A stretch of 64,000 bases of DNA from an uncultured Acidimicrobiaceae bacterium (GCA_963838845.1 CAWISR010000002.1:430663-494662); one strand, 5' to 3'. Positions 10,593 to 20,342 are shown, counted from the stretch's first letter. Notes: generated by a model not told the origin, from the letters alone. Translations and numbers: made by a program.

Positions 10593-11795
10593 GTGCGAAA
10601 CTTTGTCGTGCGATCGGCGAGACCGCGGCGTCCTTTCTCAGCCGCGCACGGTGGACGCGTCCTTCTCGTATCCGTCGCCTTGCTGGCGGCATGGGGACAA
10701 TCAACAAGCGTGGCGGCAACGAGAAAGCCTTCTTCGGTCACTCGTTCGGACGCGAGGCCGTCTTCGTCGGGCACGCTCGCCTATCTTTCGCCCGTCGATT
10801 CGGAAACGGCGTGGGCCGTCGTCGACAGCGTCGAGGGCGGTGAGCGCGTGCTGCGCACCACGAATGGGGCGGCGAGCTGGAACGACGTCACCCCGCGACA
10901 GCTAAAGGCTCTGGTCACCGGCGCCAACGTGGCAGCCGGTGCCGCGACTCCCCAAGTCCTATTCGTCGGTGCGAAACGGGCGTGGACGTCCGCAGATGGA
11001 TGGCTCGTCGCCACGACTGACGGCGGAAGGATGTGGGCCACCCTCGCCCGGTTGCCCAAAACGTGCGTTCCTCTCCAGTTCGTCGACCCAACACACGGTT
11101 GGTGCGAAGTGACCGGCGCGGCGGCCGGCTCCGAAAGCGTCGTCCTCTACCGGACCAACGACGGGGGCCTGCACTGGCAGCGGGTGAGTGCCACCGAGCC
11201 GAGCTCGTCGACCAAAGGAGCCCTCCCGTTCGGTTGCGAAAAGCCGATCAGTTTCACGAGCGAGACCGTGGGGTGGGCGGGACTCACCTGCTCGGGCTAT
11301 ATCAGCCGCGTGTACGAGACGACCGATGCCGGTGCCTATTGGACAGCTCGCACGATCAGCGGGATTCCGCCGTCAATGGCGGATGCCGAGATCTCAGTCG
11401 TCCCACCGAGGCTCTCCGGCGTCCTCGGCGCCGGCGTCATGTTGGTCAACAACGACGTCATCATGTATCGCAGTGAGAACCGCGGTGTCACTTGGCGGGC
11501 GGTCGCGCCGCCAGGAAAGCTCCAACCCTGGGATGCCGACGTGATCAACCCCCTTCAATGGCGCCTCGCTGATGACCGGCGCATCGAGTCCACCAACACG
11601 GGAGGTCGCACGTGGACGGTCATCAATCCCAACTGGCCTATCCCTCCGGCGGCCAACCCCCACCTAAACCTGCCCACCCTCCAGTTCGTCTCGGGAAGCG
11701 TTGGGTGGGGCACTTACTACATGCCAAACGGTTCGATAGTCCTTCGAACCACCGACGGCGGAGCACGGTGGACGAAGGTTCGATCACCGGCTTGA
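10593..11795 (+). CDS. Secreted BNR/Asp-box repeat beta-propeller (YCF48-like)
   Basis: Signal peptide; repeated TxDGGxxW motifs. Confidence 0.8.
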   Translation: MRNFVVRSARPRRPFSAAHGGRVLLVSVALLAAWGQSTSVAATRKPSSVTRSDARPSSSGTLAYLSPVDSETAWAVVDSVEGGERVLRTTNGAASWNDVTPRQLKALVTGANVAAGAATPQVLFVGAKRAWTSADGWLVATTDGGRMWATLARLPKTCVPLQFVDPTHGWCEVTGAAAGSESVVLYRTNDGGLHWQRVSATEPSSSTKGALPFGCEKPISFTSETVGWAGLTCSGYISRVYETTDAGAYWTARTISGIPPSMADAEISVVPPRLSGVLGAGVMLVNNDVIMYRSENRGVTWRAVAPPGKLQPWDADVINPLQWRLADDRRIESTNTGGRTWTVINPNWPIPPAANPHLNLPTLQFVSGSVGWGTYYMPNGSIVLRTTDGGARWTKVRSPA

Positions 11796-11852
11796 TTTGC
11801 CGCCCCGATCCTCGGATCCAATAGACGACGTTTGCCGGAACCTCAGCACGAT

Positions 11853-11868
11853 TACTTGAACTCAAATA
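11853..11868 (+). repeat. Putative recombination site, type A
   Basis: TACT-TGAACTCA-AATA between two genes. Confidence 0.6.
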
Positions 11869-11946
11869 CTCAGTCGACGCTCGTTCGTTTCGACGCTTCC
11901 CAAGGTGCTTCGTGGATACAGTGCAAGGCATCGCGATGAGCCGCCA

Positions 11947-12447
11947 ATGACCGAGCACGGGAGCGATGTCGACCGGCGCGCGGAGTGGGAGTCCTTGAAG
12001 GCCCGCTACCTCCGACCGCTGGACGCACGACCGGTCTCGTCGGCCCGAGGTCTGCACCACTTCGCCTTGCTCTGCAGCGATGTCGAACGGACCATCATCT
12101 TCTACCAGGAGCTTCTCGAGTTTCCCCTGGTCGAAGTCTTCGAGAACCGGGACTATCGCGGATCCACCCACTTCTTCTTCGATGTGGGACACGGCAACTA
12201 TCTGGCGTACTTCGATTTCCCCGGTCTTGACCTCGGGGACTACCGCGAAGTGCTCGGCGGCCTCCATCACATCGCGATTTCCGTTACTCCCGAGCAATGG
12301 AACCGGCTCGTGGCCAAGCTGGAAGCGGCAGGAATCGAGACCCTCATCGTGGACGGTTCATCGGTCTACTTTCCCGGACCAGATGGCGAACGACTCGAAT
12401 TGCTCTCGTACCCGCTCAACGACATGTACGGGACGATCGTCGGCTGA
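11947..12447 (+). CDS. VOC/glyoxalase family protein
   Basis: GLHHFAL...FYQELL, GLHHIAI, SVYFPGPDGERLEL. Confidence 0.85.
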   Translation: MTEHGSDVDRRAEWESLKARYLRPLDARPVSSARGLHHFALLCSDVERTIIFYQELLEFPLVEVFENRDYRGSTHFFFDVGHGNYLAYFDFPGLDLGDYREVLGGLHHIAISVTPEQWNRLVAKLEAAGIETLIVDGSSVYFPGPDGERLELLSYPLNDMYGTIVG

Positions 12448-12469
12448 GTCACGCGTGACGAGAGCACGA

Positions 12470-12506
12470 CGATGAGAGCTATCAGCACCGTATTTCTGCA
12501 CAATTA
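12470..12506 (+). repeat. Putative recombination site, type B, with conserved flank
   Basis: Core TATT-TCTGCACA-ATTA (12491-12506); 28/35 identity to 24668-24702. Confidence 0.6.
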
Positions 12507-12789
12507 CGCAGCGTCACCTTCGTGAGCGTCCCCGACCGGCATGTCTGAAGGAGCGGGGCCGTGTCAATCCTCGCGACAGGCGGTTCTTCCTGCTCGATGC
12601 TCTGGGACTCGACGACACAACCTGAGTGAAGGCGCGCGCCATCGAGGCGTCGGGGTCAAGGTGGAGCGCCCGTAGCAATGCGAGGACGAACGACCTTGAC
12701 GCCGGCGCCGAGTGGCGCAGGATGTCTCCGGTTGTGGTCGGCGGTCGCTAAGCGCCGTTGGGTTCGCACCAAGTTCTCTCGCGTCAGAG

Positions 12790-12955
12790 ATCGTGAGAGC
12801 GGCAAGCTCGGTTGCCGAGGCATGTCTTCGCTGAGTCGCTCAGCATGGTGTGTTCCGGCCGCGAACGGGCGGGCTCAATCACTTTGCCGGCTGCGCCACT
12901 CCTTTGAGTGGGAGCCCTGCCGATCGTCGAGCTCGCGCCCGTTCGCGTCCGAGCG
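12790..12955 (-). ncRNA. Predicted bridge RNA/seekRNA of IS copy 1 (3' end uncertain, may extend toward 12561)
   Basis: 11-bp closing stem (12861-12871 with 12936-12946) around an internal hairpin flanked by CGAUCGGCA and AAAGUGAU, which match the two target halves; a second hairpin loop carries AGACAUGC, matching the circle junction. Confidence 0.75.
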
Positions 12956-13966
12956 TCACGCCGCCTTGGGGCTCTTGAGACAGCGGATCTCTCCGTCTCT
13001 GAGCCCGTAGTAGACGAGCGTGAGGACCTTGCGGGCGATGGCGACAGTCGCCTTTTTCTTGCCGCGCCGGTCGGCGATCGACTGGAAGGCGGCTTCGAAG
13101 ATGCCGGCGTGGTAGCGGGCGACGGTCTCGACTGCTGCCCAGCGCACGAGGCGCGAGCCTTGTTTCGTGATCTGACCGCGACGGACCTTGGTGTCGGACT
13201 CGCGATGAATCGGCGTGAGCCCCGCCCACGAACAGAGTGCCTCTGGTGAGGGAAAGCGCGAGACGTCGCCGATCTCGGCGACGAAGATCGCCGCCATCAC
13301 TTCGCCGACGCCATAGATCGCCTGCACGGCGTTGTAACCGGGATCGTGGCGCAACAACAAATGCGTCTGGCGGTCGATCTCGAGGATCTCGCGGTTGAAG
13401 AAACAGACGAGGTCGCGCAGCACCTCGATGCGGTGCGAATAGGCGCGAGGGATCTCGAGCGAGTCGAACTGGGCGGCACCGCCGACGCCCCACATGTCGT
13501 TGCGAACGGGCAGCACACCGTTCTTCGCGAGGACGGCGTGTGCCTGAGCCTTCACGCCCGTGCGCATCGACGAGAGCTTGTTGCGGAATCTGACGAGCTC
13601 TCTCAGCTCACGGAGCTCCGGTGGCGCGATCCACGCCTCGGCAAGACGGCCGAGGCGCAACAGGTCGGCGAGGTCGTGCGCGTCGCGCTCGTCGTTCTTC
13701 ACGCGGCGGTGTCCCCAGTCGTTTCCCTTCGGGTTGGCGAGGTGGACGACATAACCGAGACCCTCGAGCAGGTCCGCCGCCCAATACCAGCCGTAGGTGG
13801 CTTCGAGGATCACGTCGCTTCCAGCCGGCGCCGCCAACACCGCGGCGGCGAACTCACCGGGATCGTTGTCGATGCGCACGCTCGAGAGCTGCTCTCCGCC
13901 TGCGTCCATGCGCACGATCACCGAACGGCGGCGGTGCAGGTCGATGCCGACGTACTCTCGTTCCAT
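12956..13966 (-). CDS. IS110 family transposase/recombinase
   Basis: YVGIDLH, VILEAT, KNDERDA (DEDD); C-terminal AEIGDVSRF...GLTPIHRESD...KQG. Confidence 0.96.
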   Translation of the reverse strand: MEREYVGIDLHRRRSVIVRMDAGGEQLSSVRIDNDPGEFAAAVLAAPAGSDVILEATYGWYWAADLLEGLGYVVHLANPKGNDWGHRRVKNDERDAHDLADLLRLGRLAEAWIAPPELRELRELVRFRNKLSSMRTGVKAQAHAVLAKNGVLPVRNDMWGVGGAAQFDSLEIPRAYSHRIEVLRDLVCFFNREILEIDRQTHLLLRHDPGYNAVQAIYGVGEVMAAIFVAEIGDVSRFPSPEALCSWAGLTPIHRESDTKVRRGQITKQGSRLVRWAAVETVARYHAGIFEAAFQSIADRRGKKKATVAIARKVLTLVYYGLRDGEIRCLKSPKAA

Positions 13967-14276
13967 CGGGGCCTCCCTTGTCGTGGGACTGGTGTGAGAA
14001 ACCCCAGTTTCGCCATTGAGACTGGAACTCTCACGGGGAGCGGAGGCCCCGCTCCTTCATCGCATCACTTATGCCACGCACGGGTTAATCGTTGCGGCGG
14101 CGTTATGGGCTACTTACCAGAGTGCAGATCGCCGAATCCGGCGTCGATCGAGGCTCAGATTCGGGTGGGGGGTCGAGGTGCGGGGATCGGCAGTTATGCG
14201 CTACCACCGCTTCGGTTAATCGGCCGTCTCATCTCTCACCCAAGAGGGTGCGGCCTCTGACGAGTCTGACGCCGGG

Positions 14277-14684
14277 TCAGCGTTGGGTTGGTTCTCCAGG
14301 TGCGATGTCGACGAACAGCTCGACTTCGTTTCCGTCGGGATCGTGCATGTGCATTCCTTTGGTGTTGGCGTGGCGCAGCTCGAACAAGATGACGACGCCG
14401 GCGGCTTCGAGCTCGCTTTTGGTGGCGTCGAACTCGTCGAGCGAGTCACCGACTTTGAACGCGACGTGGGCGAGGCCGGCGGTGTTGCGATCGGAAGAGG
14501 GTCCGTTCTTGCCGAGTTCCATGACCGCGAAGTCGTGATGGTGACCGAGGGTGAAGAAGACCATTGGTACCGGGTGGGCCGTGCGGCCGGCAATGGGGAT
14601 CCCCAGTGTCTTGCCGTAGAAGTGTTCGGCGCGTTGCGCATCGCGCACTTTGACAACGACGTGACCGAGTTCCTGAATCCGCAT
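14277..14684 (-). CDS. VOC family protein (catechol dioxygenase-like)
   Basis: LGHVVVKV, HHDFAV, GLAHVAF, DPDGNEVEL. Confidence 0.85.
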   Translation of the reverse strand: MRIQELGHVVVKVRDAQRAEHFYGKTLGIPIAGRTAHPVPMVFFTLGHHHDFAVMELGKNGPSSDRNTAGLAHVAFKVGDSLDEFDATKSELEAAGVVILFELRHANTKGMHMHDPDGNEVELFVDIAPGEPTQR

Positions 14685-14893
14685 CACGGCCTCACGGGCT
14701 GTCGGCCGAGCTTGGCGAGGAGTCGATCGGTGGGCGGCGCGCTCGAGTCGATGGGGACCTCGGCGCCGAACGCTCCGTGGGCGCGATAGAGGTCGAGGGA
14801 GATTGGACGGTAGAAGTTGTCGAGCATCGCTGCCACGGCCGGATCGATCGTCGCATCGGCTCCGAGCGCGGTGGCGACGTCCCATGTGTGCAC
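14684..14893 (-). pseudogene. C-terminal fragment of a TIGR03086/MDMPI-like metal-binding protein
   Basis: VHTWDVATALG...FGAEV...APPTDRLLAKLGR with the N-terminal part missing. Confidence 0.65.
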
Positions 14894-14898
14894 GACGG

Positions 14899-15336
14899 CT
14901 AGGCGGGCGTGAGGCCGTGGCGGCGCATCACTTCGAGCAGCGCGGCAACGTCGGGCGGGCCGTAGGGGGTGGCGGTCAGGACGTCGCGGATCTCGGTGAA
15001 GTACTCGGGCCCGAAGACGCCCGGAGTGGCCACCGAAAGAAACTTGGCGTCGACCGTTCCGGTGTTGACGAACTGGTGGACTTGGCCTCGTCGGATGCAG
15101 ACCGCGTCGCCGGGGCCGATCTCGCGCGAGTGGTCGTCAATGGTGAAGGTGAGGACGCCTTCGAGTCCATAGACGGTCTCGTCGAACGCGTCATGGCTGT
15201 GGGGCGGGGGAACCTGGGCTCCGCCTCGGACTGCGCATTCGAAGACGGTCGCGGCTCCGTCGGAATCCTGCGCCTCGACGAGGAATCGGACGTCGATCCC
15301 GCCGAGGGTGATGGTGGTGTTGGACGTGGTCTGCAT
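14899..15336 (-). CDS. Cupin domain protein
   Basis: PPPHSH...DETVYGLEG...PGDAVCIRRGQVHQF. Confidence 0.88.
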   Translation of the reverse strand: MQTTSNTTITLGGIDVRFLVEAQDSDGAATVFECAVRGGAQVPPPHSHDAFDETVYGLEGVLTFTIDDHSREIGPGDAVCIRRGQVHQFVNTGTVDAKFLSVATPGVFGPEYFTEIRDVLTATPYGPPDVAALLEVMRRHGLTPA

Positions 15337-15407
15337 GGTGCTCTCCCTGGTCGGTTGTTTAGCCTAGATGGAGATTCTGCGCAGATGTATCCTCTAATGT
15401 CAAGGCC

Positions 15408-16058
15408 ATGGCCCTGGCAAAACGCCCATACGACGCCCGCCGCCGCCGCGAGCGCGCGACCGAGGAACGCTCCGAGACCCGCCGCCGCGTCGTCAACGCC
15501 GCCCGCGAACTGTTTCTCGAGCGCGGCTACGTCGCCACGACGATGGCTGACATCGCCCGCGAAGCGGGCGTCGCGCTGCAATCGGTCTACACGGCCGGGC
15601 AAAGCAAAGCCGATCTGCTCCACCTAGTCACCGACCTCGCGGTCGCGGGCGACAGCCAAGAGGTCATGCTCGTCGACCGGCCCGTATACGCCACCGTCGC
15701 CGCCGAACCCGACCCGGCACGACAGATCGAGATGTTCGCCGGCTTGATCGCAACAACCATGGAACGTCTCGCACCCGTCTGGATCACCTACCGCGAGGCC
15801 GCCGCCGTCGACCCGAAGGCCGCCGCCAATCTCGTGGCGGCCCACCGTCGACGCCACGAAACCTTCCGAACCCTGATCCGCATGGTTCCCGAACAACACC
15901 TACGCAACGATCACGACCGCAGCGCCGACACGGCGTGGGCAGTCGGCAGCATCGACGTCTTCCTGCTTCTCCGCACGGTCCTCGAATGGGACCCGGCCCA
16001 ATACGCCGAATGGCTACGCGACACACTGATTGATCAGCTCGTCGCGCCGCTGCGCTGA
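15408..16058 (+). CDS. TetR/AcrR family regulator
   Basis: AARELFLERGYVATTMADIAREAGVALQSVY; divergent from the cupin gene. Confidence 0.9.
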   Translation: MALAKRPYDARRRRERATEERSETRRRVVNAARELFLERGYVATTMADIAREAGVALQSVYTAGQSKADLLHLVTDLAVAGDSQEVMLVDRPVYATVAAEPDPARQIEMFAGLIATTMERLAPVWITYREAAAVDPKAAANLVAAHRRRHETFRTLIRMVPEQHLRNDHDRSADTAWAVGSIDVFLLLRTVLEWDPAQYAEWLRDTLIDQLVAPLR

Positions 16059-16207
16059 CCGCGACCGGGACTGTCCGATCTGATCGGAACTGCGAGGCGC
16101 GTCCCATAATGCGCGCTGGCATCCGGCTCCGAGCGCGCCCACAAACGCCGGATTGGTGACGGCGCTACGACGGTTCACTGATTCAAACCGCTGCTCGGGG
16201 ATTGTCG

Positions 16208-16231
16208 CGTTTAATTGAACTGGATTAAACG
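16208..16231 (+). repeat. Putative recombination site, type A
   Basis: CGTTTAAT-TGAACTGG-ATTAAACG, perfect 8-bp arms. Confidence 0.75.
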
Positions 16232-16290
16232 GTTTGATCGAGGCGTGCGTCGATCAGTTACTGTTCCGCCACACCGAGCTCGAATCGACG

Positions 16291-16812
16291 CTACAAGGCC
16301 TTGCACGTCCAACTGCCGGAGATCTTGACCGTCTGCCCGGCGACATCGCGCATCGACGCGCTGATGGAATCGGTCTTGGCCGCGATCGTGACGGTGCCAG
16401 TCGTCGCGGTGAAGTCCCACTTCGCGCTCGTCTTGCCCAGCGGTTCCGGATCAAAGACGACATGTGGTTGCTTGATGGGGCTCCCCGTGATCTTGAATGT
16501 GCCCCTGTTGTTCTCGATCACATCGAGATTCCAGTAAGTGACGTTCTTCGTGAAACCCGAGATCGGCCCGACAAGGTCGCTGACACTCGTCGAGCCGCCG
16601 ATATCGACGCATCCCGCTGTAACGGAGTGACCGAAGTGAAGGGTGCCGTGCCCGGCTCCTGAGATCGTGAAGGTATTGACCGGTGAGCCTTTGGCCGGGG
16701 TCTTCGACGCGGCTGCCGTGCCAACTGCGAGGTACCCGGTCACTGACACGCACAGTGCAGCCGCGGCAATCCGTCCGGTCATCTGCGCCCGCTTGTTCGT
16801 CCGCGTCGTCAT
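16291..16812 (-). CDS. Secreted hypothetical protein
   Basis: Signal peptide-like N-terminus; beta-rich mature region. Confidence 0.6.
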   Translation of the reverse strand: MTTRTNKRAQMTGRIAAAALCVSVTGYLAVGTAAASKTPAKGSPVNTFTISGAGHGTLHFGHSVTAGCVDIGGSTSVSDLVGPISGFTKNVTYWNLDVIENNRGTFKITGSPIKQPHVVFDPEPLGKTSAKWDFTATTGTVTIAAKTDSISASMRDVAGQTVKISGSWTCKAL

Positions 16813-16914
16813 TTCGCACTCCCGGTTCGTCTTCGGGAGTAAGCGGGTCGGCCGAGCGCCCGCGCGACAGCTTCGAGTGCCGCCCATGGAAAGAAACTAC
16901 CAATCGCCGAAGGT

Positions 16915-17112
16915 GAGTGGGTTGGGCCACGACCCATCACCCCGGATGGGCTACCCGTAATCGGAGCAACGCGTTTGTCAAACGTCTTTGTCGCTGGAGG
17001 ACATGGAATGTGGGGCATGACTCTTGGACCGGCGTCGGGGAAGCTTCTGGCGCAACAGATTGCAACAGGTAGCCGGTCACAAGCACTGTTGCCGTTCGAT
17101 CCGTTGCGATGA
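16915..17112 (+). pseudogene. C-terminal fragment of an FAD-dependent D-amino acid dehydrogenase/oxidase
   Basis: Manual translation EWVGPRPITPDGLPVIGATRLSNVFVAGGHGMWGMTLGPASGKLLAQQIATG...PFDPLR*; N-terminus absent. Confidence 0.8.
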
Positions 17113-17185
17113 GTTGGCGCTTGCCTACTTCCGAGTCTTGCCGCAGAAGGAGCACTGCGCGTTCGGGTCGCCAAGGATCACGGCC

Positions 17186-17232
17186 GTTAATCCTTGCCGC
17201 TTTCGACGGTCGGGCGAAATTGAACACGAGTA
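17186..17232 (+). repeat. Accessory motif plus degenerate type A site
   Basis: GTTAATCCTTGCCGCTTTCGAC (20/22 to 23540-23561), then AAAT-TGAACACG-AGTA. Confidence 0.6.
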
Positions 17233-17369
17233 CTCAGTGAGACGGAGCACCTGCTGCGCACTGTTATCGGGGTTCGGCCAACCTCTAGCATGCGAGCAAT
17301 GAAATCACTCGCGCCAGACAACTTCCTTCTCCTCAACTGCGTGTGGTGAGCAGTCGTTAGTCCAGCAAG

Positions 17370-18749
17370 ATGAGGAAGTTCCTCCTTTGCGCGGGTCTAG
17401 GAATGGTTGGTTACGTCGCGGTTTTCGCGCTCTGCGGTCCGGCTGGCGGAGCCGTCCACCATCGAATAGTGCGTAGGCCCGATTTGGCGTGGTTCCGAGC
17501 AGGCCAGTCGTCAGTTCCCGCCTCGGGCGGGACGGTGGTTCTCACGGCGCGAGTCCTTCGGGCGGTTTCGTGTGAATTCGGAGGAGGAGAAGCCAAGCCG
17601 CTTTACGAACACTGTTCCGGGGGCGTGGCGCGAGTCGACGAGACGTTCCCCGCGAACTCAAGCGCGTCGGCTCAGCCCTGGCGATTTTGGGTGCGCGCAC
17701 GAGGGCGCTTCGGTTCGGTCGTGAAGTATCTGTCGCTCAACCAGCTAGGCAATGAGATCGTACTGACAGCATCTCTGAACTCGGACACGACGTTTCTGTC
17801 GTACACGGGCGGATCGTTCACCCTCTCGTACTCCTCGACAGACGCGTCGAATTGTTCGCTGTCCTCCTCACCTACTTTCTGGTCCGGCGTGAACCCGGCC
17901 ACGGTCAATTGCACAGGGACGTATTCGGCACCCCAGTCGAGCAACGCGTCAACTTCGACGCGGAGCTGGGCCTTCACGTTCACCGCCACCAACGCGAATG
18001 GTCTGTCAGCAAGCTCGTCCGTGACGATCACACAGGCTGGAGCTCCATACGTCACGGATCCGAACTGGTCGGGTTACGTGACGAACGAGGGAGCGATCGT
18101 CACTGAAGCAGACGGAACGTGGACTGTCCCGGCACTTAATTGCCCCGATACGCCAAACGCCGGTGCTTCCCAATGGGTTGGGACCGGCGCTGGTGGTGGC
18201 GCTGCAAGCGGCCTTCTCTTGCAGACCGGCGTCGTCAGCGAGTGCGTGAGCGGGAGCCAGGAGAACTACGGATGGTGGGAGCTGTACCCGACCTCAGGTA
18301 CAGGTGCAACGGAGTTCTCGTCGTTCACGGTCTCGACCGGAGATCAGATGACCGCGTACGTGTACCAAATCGAATCGAACTGCACGACGTACTGCGGTCA
18401 ATGGGAAACGGTTCTTGAGGACCTCACTACCGGCATCGAAGGGGTGATGGTGACCGAAGAGGGCTACGGCGTGACCTCGATCGGATCGAACTCATTCACT
18501 CAGCAAGGATCGACGGTGGGCCTCTCGTACTCTGGCGGCACCACGGCAGAGTGGATTGTCGAGGACTACGGGAGCCCGATGGTTCCCTTCGCGAACTACG
18601 GAACGGTGACGTTCTCGAACTTGCACTCCGACTTAAATACCCCAACTCTCGCCGGAGACGCCTGGGCAATCGAACAGAACGGAGTAGTTCTGTCGACGCC
18701 ATTCGCTCCTGAAGGCGACGGCTTCAGCGTTAGCTATACGGGCCCGTAG
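17370..18749 (+). CDS. Secreted G1-family glutamic peptidase (eqolisin) with N-terminal beta domains
   Basis: NWSGY, WTVP, QWVG, LLQTGV, WWELYP, TAEWIVE, YGTVTF. Confidence 0.85.
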   Translation: MRKFLLCAGLGMVGYVAVFALCGPAGGAVHHRIVRRPDLAWFRAGQSSVPASGGTVVLTARVLRAVSCEFGGGEAKPLYEHCSGGVARVDETFPANSSASAQPWRFWVRARGRFGSVVKYLSLNQLGNEIVLTASLNSDTTFLSYTGGSFTLSYSSTDASNCSLSSSPTFWSGVNPATVNCTGTYSAPQSSNASTSTRSWAFTFTATNANGLSASSSVTITQAGAPYVTDPNWSGYVTNEGAIVTEADGTWTVPALNCPDTPNAGASQWVGTGAGGGAASGLLLQTGVVSECVSGSQENYGWWELYPTSGTGATEFSSFTVSTGDQMTAYVYQIESNCTTYCGQWETVLEDLTTGIEGVMVTEEGYGVTSIGSNSFTQQGSTVGLSYSGGTTAEWIVEDYGSPMVPFANYGTVTFSNLHSDLNTPTLAGDAWAIEQNGVVLSTPFAPEGDGFSVSYTGP

Positions 18750-18791
18750 CGAACGCGCTGAACTTCTGAAGCGCATGAAGCGCCGTCAGAG

Positions 18792-18817
18792 CGCCGTAAT
18801 AGAACTGGATTACTGCG
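18792..18817 (+). repeat. Putative recombination site, type A
   Basis: CGCCGTAAT-AGAACTGG-ATTACTGCG. Confidence 0.75.
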
Positions 18818-18877
18818 ATGTCCGCCTGGGGACCTTCGACCCTGTCCCGACTCGGGTGAGGCGCCCACCATTGCCAG

Positions 18878-19486
18878 ATGGTCACGGGGGACCGTGGGGA
18901 TAAGCCGCGCGGAGAGCGCATCTTTATCCAGGACTTCGTCGACCTAGCACGCCCATTCGAACAGGTTCAGGAACGATTTCTTGGAGACGGCAGCTGGCTC
19001 ACGCCGCTCGCGAGCGCAGCCGAAGAAGATGGCGAGTCTCTTCGTATGCGGATCTCTCTTCGCATGCGGATTGGACCGACGTGGGCAGGTGGTCGGGTGA
19101 CCCGCCCGGTGAGAGTGGTCCTTCGACCAGCTTGGGACCGTGGCGACGCGCTCATCGTTCCACTCGCTTGGGAGGTCATCGGTCTTCATTCGATGATCCC
19201 GTCGCTCGAGGGCGACGTGGAGGTTGCCCCTCTTGGTCCGGATCACTGCCGGATCACCCTTTCGGCCTCGTACGTGCCACCGTTCGGCGAACTCGGGGTT
19301 CGTCTCGACCACGCCCTCATGCGTCATGTCGCCGCCTCGACCGTGCGCTCCTTCGTTGCCCGCGTGGCTGCGAGCATTCAAGATCAGGAGGGAGGGTCTT
19401 ACGCTGACATCGAGCCAGCCATTAAGCGGGTCGAGAAGCCCGAGAACTGGACACTCGACGAGTCCGAATATGGAGGCGAGGGTTAG
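18878..19486 (+). CDS. Hypothetical protein (possible SRPBCC-like fold)
   Basis: PSLEGDVEV...ITLSASYVPPFGELG...VRSFV pattern. Confidence 0.65.
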   Translation: MVTGDRGDKPRGERIFIQDFVDLARPFEQVQERFLGDGSWLTPLASAAEEDGESLRMRISLRMRIGPTWAGGRVTRPVRVVLRPAWDRGDALIVPLAWEVIGLHSMIPSLEGDVEVAPLGPDHCRITLSASYVPPFGELGVRLDHALMRHVAASTVRSFVARVAASIQDQEGGSYADIEPAIKRVEKPENWTLDESEYGGEG

Positions 19487-19502
19487 TAATAGAACTCGAT
19501 TA
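19487..19502 (+). repeat. Putative recombination site, type A
   Basis: TAAT-AGAACTCG-ATTA starting at the base after the TAG stop; core identical to 25929-25944. Confidence 0.75.
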
Positions 19503-20326
19503 AGACGCGCACGATTACTGCATCAGGCTGTCCAATCGTTTGTGCGACGTCGGGATTGTCGACGTTTTAAGGGAGATGGCGTAAGTGGCGCCCCATCGGG
19601 ATTCACGCGTAGCGACGCGTCTTGATACGACCCGGGCTGTTGCGCCACACCTTTGGCATCCTGCCACCACCCACTTGGATTTTGAGGTAGCTCTCGAGTG
19701 GGACGAAGTCGCTCGAGCAAGCTTTTCAGGTCACGCGTGGTACTCAACGAGCTTCTCCGAGTTTCCATCGAGCGGTTCGGCGTCGATAAGCGCTGACCGA
19801 TGTCGATCACAAGAATCCACGACATAAACGTTGCGACCAACATGGAGTGTGCCACGCCATGTGGCGCTCTCGCTGCACTGCCCTCGCGCATGCTCAGTTT
19901 TGACGACGCGTTGGCAACTTCGTCTCAACCGCGCAACGTTCACTTCGAGTACGACGGGGTGAGACGCACCCTCCCCGCGTCCAATCCCCGCGCCGCAATC
20001 TGGCGGGGGTCGTTCGAAATGAGAATCTCCCAGCACAGTTTACACAGCCACCATTTCGACAAGCTGGCGGCTTCGAATGACGAACCCAGGTCGGAGGTCT
20101 CCTGACATCTGGAGCATTGACGAGTTGTGAGGTGATCGAGAGTCGGAGTGCCAGTGGCTTGCGCGCCCGCGACCTCCTCAGAACGAGTCGCTGGGCACAT
20201 CGAAACCGCCGATCTTGCCGTCGAAAGCGGCGACGCTGAAGTTCGAGGTGGACTCGATACGCATCGTACAGCCGTTCGGTAGGTAGCCGAACATCCGTTC
20301 CGGGAGAAAGTTAAGCGACACGCGTG

Positions 20327-20342
20327 TTACTTCTCACTATTA
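20327..20342 (+). repeat. Putative recombination site, type B-like
   Basis: TTAC-TTCTCACT-ATTA, 5 bp before the conserved IS target motif. Confidence 0.5.

Larger units (their letters stand above)
12539..14065 (-). mobile_element. IS110-family insertion sequence, IS1111-type, copy 1
   Basis: DEDD transposase; 15-bp perfect subterminal IRs (12546-12560 TGAAGGAGCGGGGCC and 14045-14059); GCAT core at both ends (12539-12542, 14062-14065); long non-coding region 3' of the transposase; second copy 7822 bp away. Confidence 0.93.

Noticed and set aside
12526..14070. Taking the full shared span as the IS boundaries
   Set aside because: The duplicated GCAT core, IR positions and guide matches indicate the outer 13 bp and 5 bp are target sequence; not proven without an empty allele.
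19523..20280. Short ORFs including a CxxC...CxxC peptide (19940..20200)
   Set aside because: No RBS or family support; left uncalled.
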